64,000 bases of DNA, taken from contig OZ024744.1 of the NCBI GenBank assembly GCA_964016885.1, positions 109,492,001 to 109,556,000 on the forward strand. Direction: 5' to 3'. Within the stretch, counting starts at the first letter, position 1, and the number at the start of each line of letters is the position of its first letter. This DNA comes from Eledone cirrhosa. Its lineage: Eukaryota. The notes under the pieces were generated by a model, which was not told where the DNA came from, did not search any database, and saw only the letters and a program-made list of their open reading frames with translations. A program made the position numbers and the translations under genes. This document shows positions 62,401 to 64,000 of this stretch, piece after piece.

Positions 62401-64000
62401 TGAACCAATACAGGGAACTAGAGAAATAATATCAGGCTGAACCAATAGAGGGAACTAGAGAAATAATATCAGACTGAACCAATAGAGGGAACTTGAGAAA
62501 TAATATCAGACTTAACCAATACAGGGAACTAGAGAAATAATATCAGACTGAACCAATAGAGGGGACTAGAGAAATAATATCAGACTGAACCAATAGAGGG
62601 AACTAGAGAAATAATATCAGACTGAACCAATACAGGGAACTAGAGAAATAATATCAGACTGAACCAATAGAGGGAACTTGAGAAATAATATCAGACTGAA
62701 CCAATACAGGGAACTAGAGAAATAATATCAGACTGAACCAATACAGGGAACTAGAGAAATAATATCAGACTGAACCAATACAGGGAACTAGAGAAATAAT
62801 ATCAGACTGAACCAATACAAGGAACTAGAGAAATAATATCAGACTGAACCAATAGAGGGAACTAGAGAAATAATATCAGACTAAACCAATAGAGGGAACT
62901 AGAGAAATAATATCAGGCTGAACCAATAGAGGGAACTAGAGAAATAATATCAGACTGAACCAATACAGGGAACTAGAGAAATAATATCAGATTGAACCAA
63001 TACAGGGAACTTGAGAAATAATATCAGGCTGAACCAATACAGGGAACTAGAGAAATAATATCAGACTGAACCAATACAGGGAACTAGAGAAATAATATCA
63101 GACTGAACCAATACAGGGAACTAGAGAAATAATATCAGATTGAACCAATAGAGGGAATTAGAGAAATAATATCAGACTGAACCAATAGAGGGAACTAGAG
63201 AAATAATATCAGACTGAACCAATAGAGGGAACTAGAGAAATAATATCAGACTGAACCAATACAGGGAACTAGAGAAATAATATCAGACTGAACCAATACA
63301 GGGAACTAGAGAAATAATATCAGACTGAACCAATACAGGGAACTAGAGAAATAATATCAGACTGAACCAATACAGGGAACTAGAGAAATAATATCAGACT
63401 GAACCAATACAGGGAACTAGAGAAATAATATCAGACTGAACCAATACAGGGAACTAGAGAAATAATATCAGATTGAACCAATAGAGGGAACTAGAGAAAT
63501 AATATCAGACTGAACCAATAGAGGGAACTAGAGAAATAATATCAGACTGAACAAATAGAGGGAACTAGAGAAATAATATCAGACTGAACCAATACAGGGA
63601 ACTAGAGAAATAATATCAGACTGAACCAATAGAGGGAACTAGAGAAATAATATCAGACTGAACCAATACAGAGAACTAGAGAAATAATATCAGACTGAAC
63701 CAATACAGGGAACTTGAGAAATAATATCAGACTGAACCAATAGAGGGAACTAGAGAAATAATATCAGACTGAACCAATACAGGGAACTAGAGAAATAATA
63801 TCAGACTGAACCAATACAGGGAACTTGAGAAATAATATCAGACTGAACCAATATAGGGAACTAGAGAAATAATATCAGACTGAACAATACAGGGAACTAG
63901 AGAAATAATATCAGACTGAACCAATACAGGGGACTAGAGACATAATATCAGACTGAACCAATACAGGGAACTTGAGAAATAATATCAGACTGAACCAATA
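44436..64000. repeat. 37-bp satellite array (~530 monomers, runs off the window end)
   Basis: Consensus AATA(C/G)AGGGAACTAGAGAAATAATATCAGACTGAACC, very homogeneous. One or two diverged monomers lie at ~44210-44277. Confidence 0.98.

Noticed and set aside
44436-64000. CRISPR array (37-bp repeats)
   Set aside because: The monomers are contiguous with no unique spacers, there are no cas genes, and the context is eukaryotic.

Overview
This is AT-rich eukaryotic DNA with no recognisable host gene. The SINE families, (TA)n/(CA)n density and Penelope-like element load suggest an octopod cephalopod, which is an inference. Bases 1-44.2 kb are a nested transposon graveyard. It holds four Naiad-type Penelope-like elements (PLEs), one of them near full-length with two pLTRs, and three other GIY-YIG PLE fragments. 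It also holds a CR1-group LINE with an intact 1006-aa APE-RT ORF, an RTE 3' end with C2H2 zinc fingers and an internal 74-bp tandem array, two Helentron/Helitron-like elements, a Merlin transposase fragment and many tRNA-derived SINEs, some in tandem. Bases 44.4-64 kb are a 37-bp satellite with nested higher-order structure. The most striking layer is invisible in the ORF track: about 20 type I hammerhead-ribozyme motifs from at least five sequence families, with covarying stems. Many sit in short ORF-less units, and several lie in perfect or near-perfect DNA palindromes. All RNA structures were paired by eye and none has been tested. Most ORFs in the track are microsatellite artefacts.
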